Shown here one piece after another: positions 9,709 through 20,791 of a stretch of 64,000 nucleotides of DNA. A model generated the notes under the pieces. That model worked only from the letters and a program-made list of their open reading frames with translations, was not told the origin of the DNA and did no database searches. Position 1 is the first letter of the stretch, and each line of letters begins with the position of its first letter. This DNA is from Porphyridium purpureum (lineage: Eukaryota): the NCBI GenBank assembly GCA_008690995.1, contig VRMN01000001.1, positions 1,426,001 to 1,490,000 on the forward strand, given 5' to 3'. Position numbers and translations under genes: made by a program.

Positions 9709-11997
9709 CTAATACGGGTCTTGCATGGATTCATACTCTTCAAACTCCTCGCCGGCCGCGGCGTGCATTTCCCGGAGCTCCTTTCTCTTATTACTGACGT
9801 GTCGTCCTTCTTCAAGTGCTTGCCTCAGCCTGCGGCGCACCTCGCGCAAGTCCATCTCATTATGGTTATCATGCAGCGTGTGATCATAATGATGCTTGTC
9901 GCGCGCGCTCAAAGAGTCCTTACCCTCGTCCAGTGTACGACTGCGGCGACGACGATCGTACTCAAGGTATTGGCTTCCTTCACCGTTGCCCAAGTCAATC
10001 AGGTTGCCGCTCTCCAATCCACGATGGCGGCCACCGCGGCCCGCACCGCGCCAGGCATTTTGGTCCTCGTGATCGTCTAAGAATTCGCCCATGTTCCGAT
10101 TCATCCCGCCTCCAAATTCCTCCATGCTCTGCTGCGGCGGAGGATCAAAGGCTTCTTGCAGGCGCTGCTCCAGGTTGCGCGGGTACATGGGGCGACGTTT
10201 GACCCAGTGCGAGCCCTTGACGCAGCGCGGATCGACTTTCACGGCACCACGCGAAAATACGCTCAGAAACCCAAGATTGTAGAAGAAAATCTCCAGGCCA
10301 CTCATGCCACCCTGCGCGTGAGGATCGGGCTCCCACTCTTGCACCTTGTATGACTCGAACGGGAACTCGGGAACACTCATTTCCTGCAGCTTGCGGTCCA
10401 TACGCTTGAGAATCTTCGACACGAATTGTTGCGGCAGCACGCACACGTCTGGCGCACGGACCGTGGGCACCACGCGCACGTCTAGGCCAGGCATGAGGAA
10501 CGCACGCACCTCTGCGAAACGAAGTTCAGTGTGAACAATGTCCAGGCGTGCAAGCACTGCCGGCGCCGTGTCGAGCGCCATCATAGCTGAGGTGCCGATA
10601 TCAGCGTTCGCTTCAAGCATTGCGCCTGCGGCTTTCGCTGCGGCTGCAGCTGCCTGGGCGTCTGCATCGGTGTCCATATCATCCTGAAAGTCCGGGCGCA
10701 TCCAGCCCGCCTCAATAAGAACGCTCATGCCCGTGCCGACGGTGATGACGGGGCGCAGGGGAACGCGCTTGGGGCGGCAGATTGGTTCCATAAAATGAGA
10801 GGGCAGCAAGTAGTAAGCAAGGGAGTGCACGTTGATGATACCCGGTGTGTCCCACAGCGCGTGCAGGTCGGACGGGAAGCACGGCACGCGCAATGCCTGC
10901 AGCGTCGTTCCGGGCAAGTGCGATGCCGTGAGCGTCGTCGGGTCCAGATCCTCAAGTTTCTCTCGGCGCTTTCGCTCCCACGATCTCGGCGCGCGACCAG
11001 CTGCCACCACGTGCTTGCCGAGTAGCTGCGCTAGTGCGCGCACCAGCGTGCTCTTCCCCACATTTGCAGCACCGACCACAAAGATGTCCTTGCCACCGAG
11101 CTCCCGCAAGATGGTTTCGGCCAGCCCGATCACACCGTATCCCGTCATGGCACTCACTGCGTGAGCCGAAATCACGTTGATTTTGCGCTGCGACGCGCGC
11201 CACTTTAGGTACCGCATGTCATAGTCGTCCATCCGCGGCATCAGGTCGCACTTGTTCACCGCGAGAATCACAGGAGTCCCTCCAATACAGTCACGCAATG
11301 AGGGCACAATCGAGCCTTCAAAGTCCGCGGCGTCGACCACCTTGACGCACAGTGAGAACCTCCGGCGGGTCACGATGTGCTTGAGCTGTCCTTTGAACAC
11401 GTCAGGCGTCACATCCCGCAGTGCATCGCGTGCATGAAACACATCACCTTGCTCTAAGGCCCGGCAGCGCTGGCACAAGAAAGATTTTTTGGTCTCCAGG
11501 ATATTCGTCCACCGCATCTTCTTGTTTCGGCGCCGGGACGCGTCCTCAGTGACTTTGGCCCCGCCCATGACCTCGGTCGGCTCCGCCTCCCTATTGCCCA
11601 TGTCGGCGCGCACCTCGGCGCCGCATCCGCGACAAAGGCGCCCATCCTTGGCCTTGGAGCGCGTGCGCTCGATCAGCGCCACACGCCCGAGTGCCGACGG
11701 CTTCACACCGTACTTGCTTGGTCCACCTTGCGTCGGGAAGCGGGACTTTTCCTTGGCGGGTTCAGACGAGAGGTCTGTGTCTACCTGTGCGCCAGCATCG
11801 TCGTCAGAATGCGAGCCTTTGTTATTCTTCGACGAGCCCTTTCCACCGCCGCTCCTGGCCACCGCCCACGGACGCTGGTCCGCGCTGAACAGCCGGCGCG
11901 ACTCGAACACCAGAGCCTGTGTCGCCGGGCACCGCGCGGGCGCGGCCGCGAGCGCCCGTCCGCCACGACGGAAGCTCGTGCGCAGCAGCGCGTTCAT
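9709..11997 (-). CDS. Circularly permuted GTPase, YqeH/NOA1 family, probably organelle-targeted
   Basis: CRGC...CQRC zinc finger, then G4 NKCD, G5 SA, G1 GAANVGKS, G2 PGTT, G3 DTPG; Arg-rich presequence from ATG 11997. Confidence 0.9.
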   Translation of the reverse strand: MNALLRTSFRRGGRALAAAPARCPATQALVFESRRLFSADQRPWAVARSGGGKGSSKNNKGSHSDDDAGAQVDTDLSSEPAKEKSRFPTQGGPSKYGVKPSALGRVALIERTRSKAKDGRLCRGCGAEVRADMGNREAEPTEVMGGAKVTEDASRRRNKKMRWTNILETKKSFLCQRCRALEQGDVFHARDALRDVTPDVFKGQLKHIVTRRRFSLCVKVVDAADFEGSIVPSLRDCIGGTPVILAVNKCDLMPRMDDYDMRYLKWRASQRKINVISAHAVSAMTGYGVIGLAETILRELGGKDIFVVGAANVGKSTLVRALAQLLGKHVVAAGRAPRSWERKRREKLEDLDPTTLTASHLPGTTLQALRVPCFPSDLHALWDTPGIINVHSLAYYLLPSHFMEPICRPKRVPLRPVITVGTGMSVLIEAGWMRPDFQDDMDTDADAQAAAAAAKAAGAMLEANADIGTSAMMALDTAPAVLARLDIVHTELRFAEVRAFLMPGLDVRVVPTVRAPDVCVLPQQFVSKILKRMDRKLQEMSVPEFPFESYKVQEWEPDPHAQGGMSGLEIFFYNLGFLSVFSRGAVKVDPRCVKGSHWVKRRPMYPRNLEQRLQEAFDPPPQQSMEEFGGGMNRNMGEFLDDHEDQNAWRGAGRGGRHRGLESGNLIDLGNGEGSQYLEYDRRRRSRTLDEGKDSLSARDKHHYDHTLHDNHNEMDLREVRRRLRQALEEGRHVSNKRKELREMHAAAGEEFEEYESMQDPY

Positions 11998-12909
11998 GCT
12001 CTCGCGTGCGCCGCCGAGGAGCGAGGGATAGCGGCGAGAGTGCGTTCGTGTCCCCCAGACACGCCCTCGCCCACTGTGGCGCCCCGCGCGAATCACGGCC
12101 GGGTGTACACCGTCGGGAACCCAACGCCACCGGGACCGCTCGCTGGCGCGGTTTATCGGTTCAAGCCTACCGGTTCTTCCATTTTGGCAACTTTTTATTA
12201 GCAAAAGTGGCGCCCGTCGCGCGCGCCTGTAGAAATCGGTTCAACCGTGTGTTGTTCTGCGCCGGTTGCCGTTCTCGCGGTATAACGTTATTCCGCTATG
12301 CTCTTCACATTCAATCCAGCTGGTTCCCAAGAAACGTGCTCGAGGGGTTTGTTGATCCGCAAGGGTCGGCACGCGCTGTAATCGATCCTGAACGAGGCCG
12401 ATGCGTGCTGCTGCACGCATGCGCAGGCCCGCGAGCCAGCGCCACGCTCGCACGCAGACACACTCGAGTCGCCGCGGCAACCGCTTCGCCAGCACGCGCG
12501 GCGCACGGGCACCGCCTCACGGCTTCGGGGCGCGCGCTAAACGGTTCCCTGCTCGCTCGGTCCTCGCGGGTCGTTCCAGCTTAACCGTTTCAAGGGACAT
12601 AGTAAACCAGCGTCAAAAATGATAAAACCCGCGAAGCCGAGTTTGAGTGCGAGGAATGTTTGACTCGCCATATGTGCAGCTTGCACGCCTCGCTGTGTTT
12701 CCCGGAATCAACAGGACATTGCCCGGACCGCGCGACATATGGTGGTCTGCTGCAGTGGCGATCCGTCGCTGGCATTCCGGGGAGGAGGGCACACACGCTC
12801 TGCGAGCAGCTGAGGGTCGGGCTCTCGCGTTGGCTTGGGCCTCTTGCGGTTGGGGTGTAGTGCTTCTTTCTGGTCGTTTGAACGGCCGCCGCGAAGGAAG
12901 CGTGCAGTC

Positions 12910-15900
12910 ATGGCGGCGAATGCAGCAGAAATGCGCGCACAGCTGGTCGACGTGTATGGATTCAGCGCAGACATCGTCGACCTTGTTCTGCGCGATCCGG
13001 GCGTGACGAGTGTCGACACCGCTGTCGATCGCGTGCTGCAAATGCAAAATGAGCACCCGGCGCAGAGAGCGTCCGCTTCGCCTCACATGGCGCGTGCAAG
13101 CCCCAGTGCGCCGCCGCAGTCGCCCGCGCGGTCCGAGCAGAGTGGTACGAGCAAGTTTGATTCAACAAACGGAGCGCCGTCCGGCACTGGGAACAATCAC
13201 GGTACCTCGCGAGGTGCGCGGCCCGTGACAAGAAGCCAAACGCCGCGACACGTCGAGCAACAGCTTACTGGGGACGAGGCGTTACAGCAGGCTCTTGAGA
13301 TGAGTCGGCGCGATTTTGAAGCGAAGCAGCAGCAGCTGGGCGACTGGACAAGCCACCCGGATCAAGGCACGCCGGCTCCATCTGGCCGCAACCCGCACAC
13401 TCGTGCCGGGCCGCCCTCGCAGTCAGATGCACCGTTGCTGTTGGAATATACACCACAAAGCGACGAACAGGACGTCGAAATGAACAAGGCTATCGAGGCG
13501 TCCATCCGTGAGCAGCAGCAACAGCAGCAACAGTTGTGGACGAGTTCAAGCTCGAACACTTTCCAGAACCAAGGCGGTGGTCCAAGCCTGCTCGGTTGGA
13601 AGCAGCCCCTGCCTGAGCTTGCATCCGAGCGCGCCCGTGTCAGCTGGGATATACCCGTGGGAATTCGGAACGTCGGTAATACTTGCTACCTCAACTCGGT
13701 CCTCCAGGTCTACTTTTTTGTATCAGACTTTAGGCGCGCAATTTTGGGCTTTCGACCCTCATGCAACACCATTGGAAAGACCCGGCGTCAGGACCGCGAT
13801 AACGACGTTGAAATGAGCATCCTTGGTGAGGAAAATCAGGGCGAACTTAACCGTCAAAAGCCGCAGCTGGAGGAAGCTCAGCAGACTGAAAATACAGCTG
13901 AGGCCGTACAGGTGGTTCAAGAGCTTCAGCAACTGTTTGGGCGCATGGCCATGTCAACCTGTCGCTATGTGGATCCTTCGCGGCTCGTCCAGGCACTGGA
14001 CCGAGCAATGAAAGGTTCGCTACATTTTGGCGGCCAGCAGGACGCCACTGAGTTTAATCAAAAGTTCCTTGATATTGTGGAGGCCGCACTAGAGCACGGA
14101 AGTATCGATGCGACAGAGGGAATCCCGACGGCTCAGCGCAGTGCAGATCATCCCGACGCCATGAACGAGGCTGCGAGCCCGACCCTGCGGCAGCAAGGCA
14201 GTGGCAACACGAACAACCTAGTCCGGCGCCTGTTCTCGTCGTTTTTTGAGCAGCAGCTGGTGCTTGACTCGGGTGCCTCGCTTGAGCCGCTGCGGGGAGA
14301 GACCAGCGCCCTCATTCTGGACGCGAGCGCGGGGAACATCGATCGAGCCATGATGGACTTTACCAGTACACGCATTGAATACAGGCACGAAAATATACCC
14401 AGCGCGGATCATCGAGCAGAGATGGACTGCACTGCGCCTGCCGCCCCTGCTTCGGCCACTGGACTTGCGGATGGCGATCACCAGCATGAGCTCGAAAGCG
14501 ATGTAAGGGACTCAGCTTCGCTTGGCGTGCTGCCCTCCAGAGGTGGTGCCGAGAGCGGTCCAATGACCAAACGTGCCACGCCCACTCGCACAAGTGTGAC
14601 CAAGAATGTGTGGTTCACGTCGCTGGCGAGTGTGCTCACGGTGTACATTCAGCGTGTCAAGTTTAACCGGGAAACGGCAGAGGCAGAAAAGAGCCTTGAG
14701 TGTTTTGACTTTGCCGCAGAATGGCGTCTCGATCGGTACCTGTTTTGCAACAAAGCAAGCATTCTGCGTGCGCGCGCTGCAGCCTCGGACGTTTGCCATC
14801 GAATTTCTGCGACCGCTAAAGAAATTGCCGCGCTGGAATTTTACGAGCCGGCTGCGGTTGCTCATGATTCGCGTTCACCAAGGCTTTCAAATCTCAAGGA
14901 CACCAAGGATGATATCGATATCGCTGGGGCCATGGACACCGCTGCTGATGTGGATCCGGCGCAACCATTGCGACAAAGCGTGGAAGACACCGCGTCCGCC
15001 GTGATGTTGCCTCGCGTGCCCATGCAGCTGGCTTACCAGGCTGTGCTTGCGCGCCTGCACCAGCATGCGTATGCTGAGGCTCATCTTGATGCCGAACCGT
15101 CCAAGGCGACAACTATCGTGGACACTGCCGACGCGCACGAGAAGCGTCAGCTTATTTCGTGCCTGCAGGAAATATGCGCGCGTGATTGCATCGAGCTCAG
15201 GGCTCTGCGCGCTCGGCTCGGGCAACTTGTGGACGAAGAGTCGCGAGCGTATGCTTGTGTGCCGCGCAACGTCATGCACGAGCGGCTTCTTTTTGGCGTG
15301 TTGGTTCACGATGGTGTGCCCGGGAGTGGTCATTATTTTGTGTATATCCTGCGTGGACCAAGAGCGAAAGCAGCGTCAAATTCACACCCTGATCTCGTGT
15401 CACCTCCTCAGTGGGTTAAGATTAGTGACCTGAGCGTGAGTGACGTTGGAGCAGATGAAGTGTGGCGTCGCGCCGGCAGTTCTTTCTGCTCTTGCTCATC
15501 TGCCAACCATTCCTCAACGTGCCAAGCCAGTGCCAATACAAGCAGCGCCCTGCTTTCGTCTGCGTACGGACTGGTATACTTGGACACTGCGCTCGCCGGC
15601 CAAATCGTAGCTTCGGATGGTACTGTGCTGCGGCATGAGGCTGCTGCATTACTTCCAGTTGATGTGGTGCGTCAGATTCAGCGCGAGAACGGACAGCTTG
15701 CACGCGAGCTTGCCGCACAGCGCGAGAAGGAACGTCGAGCAGAGGCGCACCTCGACGCTTGCAAAGTCGTGGCCGAGTGCGCTCGCATGCTGCACGCCAC
15801 GTTGCTCGAGCAGCCGTCTGGTGCACGATTAACTTCATTCTTTGAGTTTGCCGCGCTGTACCTCCCTGCTTTGGAGCTCGTCGTTTCTGCACTCGATGCT

Positions 15901-17337
15901 GCGTATTCGCAGCTCCGCAAGGTGCCGCGTCATTCATTGTTTGCGCACTGTGCGCGAACCGCACATGCGCTCGACTTTCCCATTCTGATTCCGGACGTTG
16001 ATGACGCCGACGCCGATATTGTAGATGAAACAGAGCTGTGGAAGGATCAGCAACAACACGATCACGAGCACATTTTGTCTGAATTGTTCACCGGTATTCT
16101 CAAGGCGCCGGTTTGCTCAGTGGTGGACATGTCTGTCGTGCAGGGTTCTACCTTTATTTTGCAGCGAGAGCGGCCCCACCACGGTCACACCGCGTCGACG
16201 CCGCAGATGCAGACGCATTCTGGTCTTCCGCCGCTAGACCTCAAAGGGGCGCAGCACAATCTGGCACGGACAATGCTGAACGTTCGCGAGGTGTTGCACG
16301 TGGCAGCGCATCACGCGTGCGCACTGCGTACGTACGGGTTAGCGCTGCGCGCGCTGTTGCACTGGCAGGCCGTTCTCGAGGCACTCTTGTACGATTTGCC
16401 GCTCCTTGCGCTCGATCGGCTCTGGTGCTTTGCGAAAAAAACCTACTTGGACACATGGAGCTCAGCCGCGGACAATGACTCGATGGCCATGAATTTATTC
16501 TTGTCCGATCCGCAGCTCGCCTCGCTGCGCAGGGAAGAAGAAATGCTCGAGCTACTTCCTGTCGTGTTAGTGTGCGGCTCGAACGACGTGATGCGCAGTT
16601 TGGAAGCAGCGATCCTCTCGCGCGACATGAAGGCACAGCTGCAACTTCTTGGCAGTATAGAGCGAGTCGCCCGCATTGCCATATGCATGCTCGAGCGTGG
16701 CCACTTTGCCATTCAGCAACTGGCCAAGGCATGGACACGCTTTTACGTCAGCTGGAAAGAGTCCCAGTTGGATGGCCCAAACACTCCAATGGATACGACA
16801 ACCGCGGGTCCGGCCGGGATGCGAGGGCCCGCTCGCTCCCAAGCCAATGACGTATGGAGCGAAATGGAAGCGCTGTGTGCCCTCTTTGCACAGCATGCGG
16901 CGCCAATGAGCCTGGACCGCGACAATGGGATGATGGATGCCGTCCATCATGCACAGGCGCCGGACACGCCGCCGGACCCTGCGGTCGCGCGTGCCCAAAT
17001 GCAGTTGTTTGAGCGCCAGGACGAGGTTTCGGTCTGCATCGAATCTGGCGCTGCTGCCAGAAGTGAGGCATCGAGGTCGGGCGCCGGTTCAGCGGAGGGC
17101 GTCGTCGCCATGCCTCACCTTTTGCCGAACGCTGCCGAATGCCGGCGGCTGTGCGAGGCGTACGAGTCGCATCGCAACGTGCTGGAAAGCGTACTGCCAC
17201 CTGCACCGCGCTCTGCGAACGAGCGAGACTTGGATGGCGCGGCCGTCCGGCTGGACGAGGCACTGCATGGCGGAGCACTGGACCACGTGCTGCGGCGTTA
17301 CTTCCCGGCACCATACGAGACGAGCAGCGCCCCGTGA
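12910..17337 (+). CDS. Ubiquitin-specific protease (C19) with UBA-like and two UIM motifs, USP25/28/Ubp2-like architecture
   Basis: Cys box GIRNVGNTCYLNS, QQDATEF, His box HDGVPGSGHYF; UIM-like DEALQQALEMS and EMNKAIEAS. Confidence 0.9.
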   Translation: MAANAAEMRAQLVDVYGFSADIVDLVLRDPGVTSVDTAVDRVLQMQNEHPAQRASASPHMARASPSAPPQSPARSEQSGTSKFDSTNGAPSGTGNNHGTSRGARPVTRSQTPRHVEQQLTGDEALQQALEMSRRDFEAKQQQLGDWTSHPDQGTPAPSGRNPHTRAGPPSQSDAPLLLEYTPQSDEQDVEMNKAIEASIREQQQQQQQLWTSSSSNTFQNQGGGPSLLGWKQPLPELASERARVSWDIPVGIRNVGNTCYLNSVLQVYFFVSDFRRAILGFRPSCNTIGKTRRQDRDNDVEMSILGEENQGELNRQKPQLEEAQQTENTAEAVQVVQELQQLFGRMAMSTCRYVDPSRLVQALDRAMKGSLHFGGQQDATEFNQKFLDIVEAALEHGSIDATEGIPTAQRSADHPDAMNEAASPTLRQQGSGNTNNLVRRLFSSFFEQQLVLDSGASLEPLRGETSALILDASAGNIDRAMMDFTSTRIEYRHENIPSADHRAEMDCTAPAAPASATGLADGDHQHELESDVRDSASLGVLPSRGGAESGPMTKRATPTRTSVTKNVWFTSLASVLTVYIQRVKFNRETAEAEKSLECFDFAAEWRLDRYLFCNKASILRARAAASDVCHRISATAKEIAALEFYEPAAVAHDSRSPRLSNLKDTKDDIDIAGAMDTAADVDPAQPLRQSVEDTASAVMLPRVPMQLAYQAVLARLHQHAYAEAHLDAEPSKATTIVDTADAHEKRQLISCLQEICARDCIELRALRARLGQLVDEESRAYACVPRNVMHERLLFGVLVHDGVPGSGHYFVYILRGPRAKAASNSHPDLVSPPQWVKISDLSVSDVGADEVWRRAGSSFCSCSSANHSSTCQASANTSSALLSSAYGLVYLDTALAGQIVASDGTVLRHEAAALLPVDVVRQIQRENGQLARELAAQREKERRAEAHLDACKVVAECARMLHATLLEQPSGARLTSFFEFAALYLPALELVVSALDAAYSQLRKVPRHSLFAHCARTAHALDFPILIPDVDDADADIVDETELWKDQQQHDHEHILSELFTGILKAPVCSVVDMSVVQGSTFILQRERPHHGHTASTPQMQTHSGLPPLDLKGAQHNLARTMLNVREVLHVAAHHACALRTYGLALRALLHWQAVLEALLYDLPLLALDRLWCFAKKTYLDTWSSAADNDSMAMNLFLSDPQLASLRREEEMLELLPVVLVCGSNDVMRSLEAAILSRDMKAQLQLLGSIERVARIAICMLERGHFAIQQLAKAWTRFYVSWKESQLDGPNTPMDTTTAGPAGMRGPARSQANDVWSEMEALCALFAQHAAPMSLDRDNGMMDAVHHAQAPDTPPDPAVARAQMQLFERQDEVSVCIESGAAARSEASRSGAGSAEGVVAMPHLLPNAAECRRLCEAYESHRNVLESVLPPAPRSANERDLDGAAVRLDEALHGGALDHVLRRYFPAPYETSSAP

Positions 17338-17747
17338 AGGCGCTCGACACCGCGACGCTGAGCGCAAGCGAGAAAACAAAAATTTAAAAAATGGAGAAAA
17401 AAAATAACATCCGCTGTAAACCGCACTGTACCACTGGCGCCGCGCAGGTACAGCGAAAACTGTAAGTCTGCCAACGGGAGGCGCCACCGTCGGCAAACCC
17501 GGTGCGCACCACGCACGTGTTGGTTAGGAGGCACGTGGCGTTTGTGCGCGGAGCGGGGAGGGCCACTCGGGTGCGTGACCGCTCGCGTTGCCTGGCTGCT
17601 CGCGCGTTCCTGCGGAAGAGAAGCGGCAGCGCGACTCGGTCCCTTTGTTGCACACGAGCCGTGGCGCTTGCGTCCACAGCGGCAGCCGCACCGACGCCTC
17701 GCCCCGCGCGTCCGGCGGCTCGGCTCGCGCTCCGCACGTGAAAAGCC

Positions 17748-20507
17748 ATGTCGGTGGTCGGCACTGCGCACGATATGCGCGACGTGCGTCCAACGGCCTC
17801 GGCTTTTGTTCTGCATGCTGGCAGTGCTGCTGAAATCAACGCTGGCTTTGGAAGGTTGGGTCGTGGATCCGTGGCTCGTCTGACCGCACGCCCGCAAGCT
17901 CGCCGCGGCGCTTCTGCGCGCACGTCTAAACGCATATCGAAGCCGTCCTGGCGCGCGAGCTATTTGGCGTCCGTTCCGTGCTGCGCCGCCGCGCCGCCAG
18001 AAAATTTTCCGCAAAGCACACATCCATCAAGCTCACAGAAAGCCGGTAGCCTGCGCAGAGATGAAGGCAAGGAAACATCCGAATCGGGAGGTCGTCCTTC
18101 GGCGCCATCGCATACACATCATCTGATCGGCGGCAAAGTGGCGGCTTTCGTTTCGGCGATTCTGCTGGGTGTGGTTCTGCTCAGAAACTCGGACAAGGTT
18201 GGTTTATTCTCAGACTTGCGTGCGTTCACAGGAGCCTCTGGACCGCAACTTGCTTTTGGTGTCAAGTCATCTTCTGTGCGGCGCTTGTCGCTGCGCGCCA
18301 AAGTAGCCGCAACGTCCCAGAAGCGCACGCGAGTGGCAGCGCAAGTCGCTGGCGGGGCACAAAAGTCTTCTCTGAAGCAGCGGTCGTCAGATCATGGCCG
18401 CGACGCGTTGACCGATGAAGACTCGGGCGACTTGGTGACGCAGACGCTCAATGATTTCACGCACCACATGAGCCCCGCGGTGGTCGAGTCACTCGTTCTG
18501 CTTTTAACAACGGTGATCATCGTGCCTTTGATGCGGCGGCTGAACACGTCACCCATCTTGGGCTTCTTAGCGGCCGGCGTGCTGCTTGGCCCACCTGGCC
18601 TCAAGCTGGTGGGTAACGTGTCGGGATCCCGCAGTCTGGCAGAGCTTGGTGTTGTCTTTTTCCTTTTTGAAATGGGTCTTGAGCTCAGCATCTCCAAGCT
18701 GCGATCGCTGGGGCTCGACGTTTTTGGACTGGGCTCGATGCAATTTGTGCTCACTTCCGCACTGTTCACCTGTATTGGGTCAGCGGCTGGTCTCGCGCTC
18801 AACACGGCGCTCGTAGTTGGTGGCGCCCTGGCGCTTTCGTCGTCCGCATTTGTTTTGCAGCTTTTGCAGGAGCGTGGTGAAGTCGGCTCCCGCTTTGGAC
18901 GCGCGGCCTTGGGCATCTTGCTGCTCCAGGACCTTGCGGTCGTACCTTTGCTCGTGCTGACGCCGCTGCTGGCCAGAGGCGGTGGCTCGGCCGCCATGGT
19001 CCGCGCGATGTCCTTTGCTGGTATAAAGGCAATCGTGGCGGTTCTCATTATTGTCGTGGCCGGCTCGCTGTTACTCGAGCCCACATTCCGATTCGTCGCC
19101 AAGGCGCAGTCACAGGAAGCGTTCATTGCCACCATTCTGCTCACAGTCCTGGCCACGAGCAAGTTGACGGAGGGACTCGGGCTTTCCGACACGCTTGGCG
19201 CCTTTTTGGCGGGCATCATGCTGGCTGAAACATCGTACGTCCATCAAGTTGAGGCGGACATCAAACCGTTCCGAGGGCTTCTGCTCGGACTGTTCTTCAT
19301 CACTGTAGGATTCTCGATCGACATTCCGCTGCTGATGAACAATCTGGGTGCGGTGCTCGCCCTCATGCTTGGGCTCATGCTCGTGAAAGCCGGCATTATA
19401 GCGGCGCTAGGCAAGCTGGTGCGGCGGATGAGCTTGGCGTCGTCGGTGCGCACGGGATTAGTGCTCGCACAGGGCGGGGAGTTTGCCTTTGTGCTTTTCC
19501 AGCTGGCCGGACGGCATGGTTTGCTTCCGCCGGAGAATAAGCTGAGCAAGATGCTACTGGTCGTGGTAGCGCTGAGCATGGCGTGTACGCCCGCACTGGC
19601 CATGGCGGGCGAACGGGTTGGTGCGCTGCTCAGCAAAAAGCAGGGTCTGATCAATCTTCGAAAGCAGGACGCGGATACGGCGGGCATTCAAGATTATGTT
19701 ATCGTGGCTGGGTTTGGGCGCGTCGGACAGTGCATTTGTGAAATGCTGGACCAGCGCTTCATTCCATACATTGCCTTTGACCTCAGCCCAGCGCGGGTGT
19801 TGGAGAGCCGAGGGAAAGGACTGAATGTTTTGTTTGGCGACGCAACGCGACCAGAAGTACTAGCCACCGCTGGTGTTGATAAGGCCAAGGCTGTGGTGGT
19901 TACGCTGGACGACCCAGATGGCTCGGTACGTGCCGTGAGGGCCATTAAGCGAGAATTCCCGAAGACGACTGTATTCTGCCGTGCGTTCGACATCAAGCAC
20001 CAGAAGCTTGTGCAGCTCGCTGGCGGTGTGGCAGTCATACCAGAAATTCTTGAAGCGTCGCTTTTGCTTGGTGGTGCCGTACTGCGCCAGTACGGCGTGC
20101 CAGAGTCAGAGGTCAACATCATCATCGAGCAATCACGCACTAAGACATTTGAGGATGCTGGTATCGAGCCGCACGATAGTCTTTACAGCATGCTACGCGA
20201 AATCGTACAGGAGCAGGAGGCGTCAGCGGTGGCGCAGGTATCCGAAACGATTGCCGCAGAGGCACCGTCCTTGACCGAGAATGCGGCATCTTCGTCGGTT
20301 GCGACCGCCAACTTGAACGGCGGCGGTTCGTCGATGATGGACAGTAGTAAGGATGGGGCTACCGCTGCTGGAGTGGCGCTCGCATCCCCTGCAGCGCTAA
20401 ACACGCAGGAGGTTGGTGACGGTGCTCGAAACGGCGACAAGAGCATCATTGGCGATACTGGTGATGGCGAGAGTAGCGGCAGCAGTAGCGATGACATGCC
20501 TCAATAG
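17748..20507 (+). CDS. KEA: CPA2 K+/H+ efflux antiporter (KEA/KefC type) with KTN domain, probably plastid
   Basis: GVVFFLFEMGLELS, LLLQDLAVVP, GAFLAG, QGGEFAFV; KTN GFGRVGQ and GDATRPEVL. Start uncertain. Confidence 0.92.
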   Translation: MSVVGTAHDMRDVRPTASAFVLHAGSAAEINAGFGRLGRGSVARLTARPQARRGASARTSKRISKPSWRASYLASVPCCAAAPPENFPQSTHPSSSQKAGSLRRDEGKETSESGGRPSAPSHTHHLIGGKVAAFVSAILLGVVLLRNSDKVGLFSDLRAFTGASGPQLAFGVKSSSVRRLSLRAKVAATSQKRTRVAAQVAGGAQKSSLKQRSSDHGRDALTDEDSGDLVTQTLNDFTHHMSPAVVESLVLLLTTVIIVPLMRRLNTSPILGFLAAGVLLGPPGLKLVGNVSGSRSLAELGVVFFLFEMGLELSISKLRSLGLDVFGLGSMQFVLTSALFTCIGSAAGLALNTALVVGGALALSSSAFVLQLLQERGEVGSRFGRAALGILLLQDLAVVPLLVLTPLLARGGGSAAMVRAMSFAGIKAIVAVLIIVVAGSLLLEPTFRFVAKAQSQEAFIATILLTVLATSKLTEGLGLSDTLGAFLAGIMLAETSYVHQVEADIKPFRGLLLGLFFITVGFSIDIPLLMNNLGAVLALMLGLMLVKAGIIAALGKLVRRMSLASSVRTGLVLAQGGEFAFVLFQLAGRHGLLPPENKLSKMLLVVVALSMACTPALAMAGERVGALLSKKQGLINLRKQDADTAGIQDYVIVAGFGRVGQCICEMLDQRFIPYIAFDLSPARVLESRGKGLNVLFGDATRPEVLATAGVDKAKAVVVTLDDPDGSVRAVRAIKREFPKTTVFCRAFDIKHQKLVQLAGGVAVIPEILEASLLLGGAVLRQYGVPESEVNIIIEQSRTKTFEDAGIEPHDSLYSMLREIVQEQEASAVAQVSETIAAEAPSLTENAASSSVATANLNGGGSSMMDSSKDGATAAGVALASPAALNTQEVGDGARNGDKSIIGDTGDGESSGSSSDDMPQ

Positions 20508-20791
20508 TGCACTTGCCTGGCCACGCCAGGTTGCAGCTGTCGTCTTTGCATCCTCTTCTGAGAGCACGACTGGTAAAGAGGATAGAGCTTGATAAACGAC
20601 ATCGACGAGCGCCGACAATAGGCAGCTAGGCCACACGGCGCCGGTGCAATTGCAAGTCCGCACGCTCGCCTGTGACTCTATGCAGAAACAAGACGGTGCG
20701 CGGATACAGCCTGCCTCTGTTCTCCGTTTTCGGACGTTCAATATTTTAGTTGGTAATTTGCTAACATCAAACTTGCGCTCGTTGAACGTGC

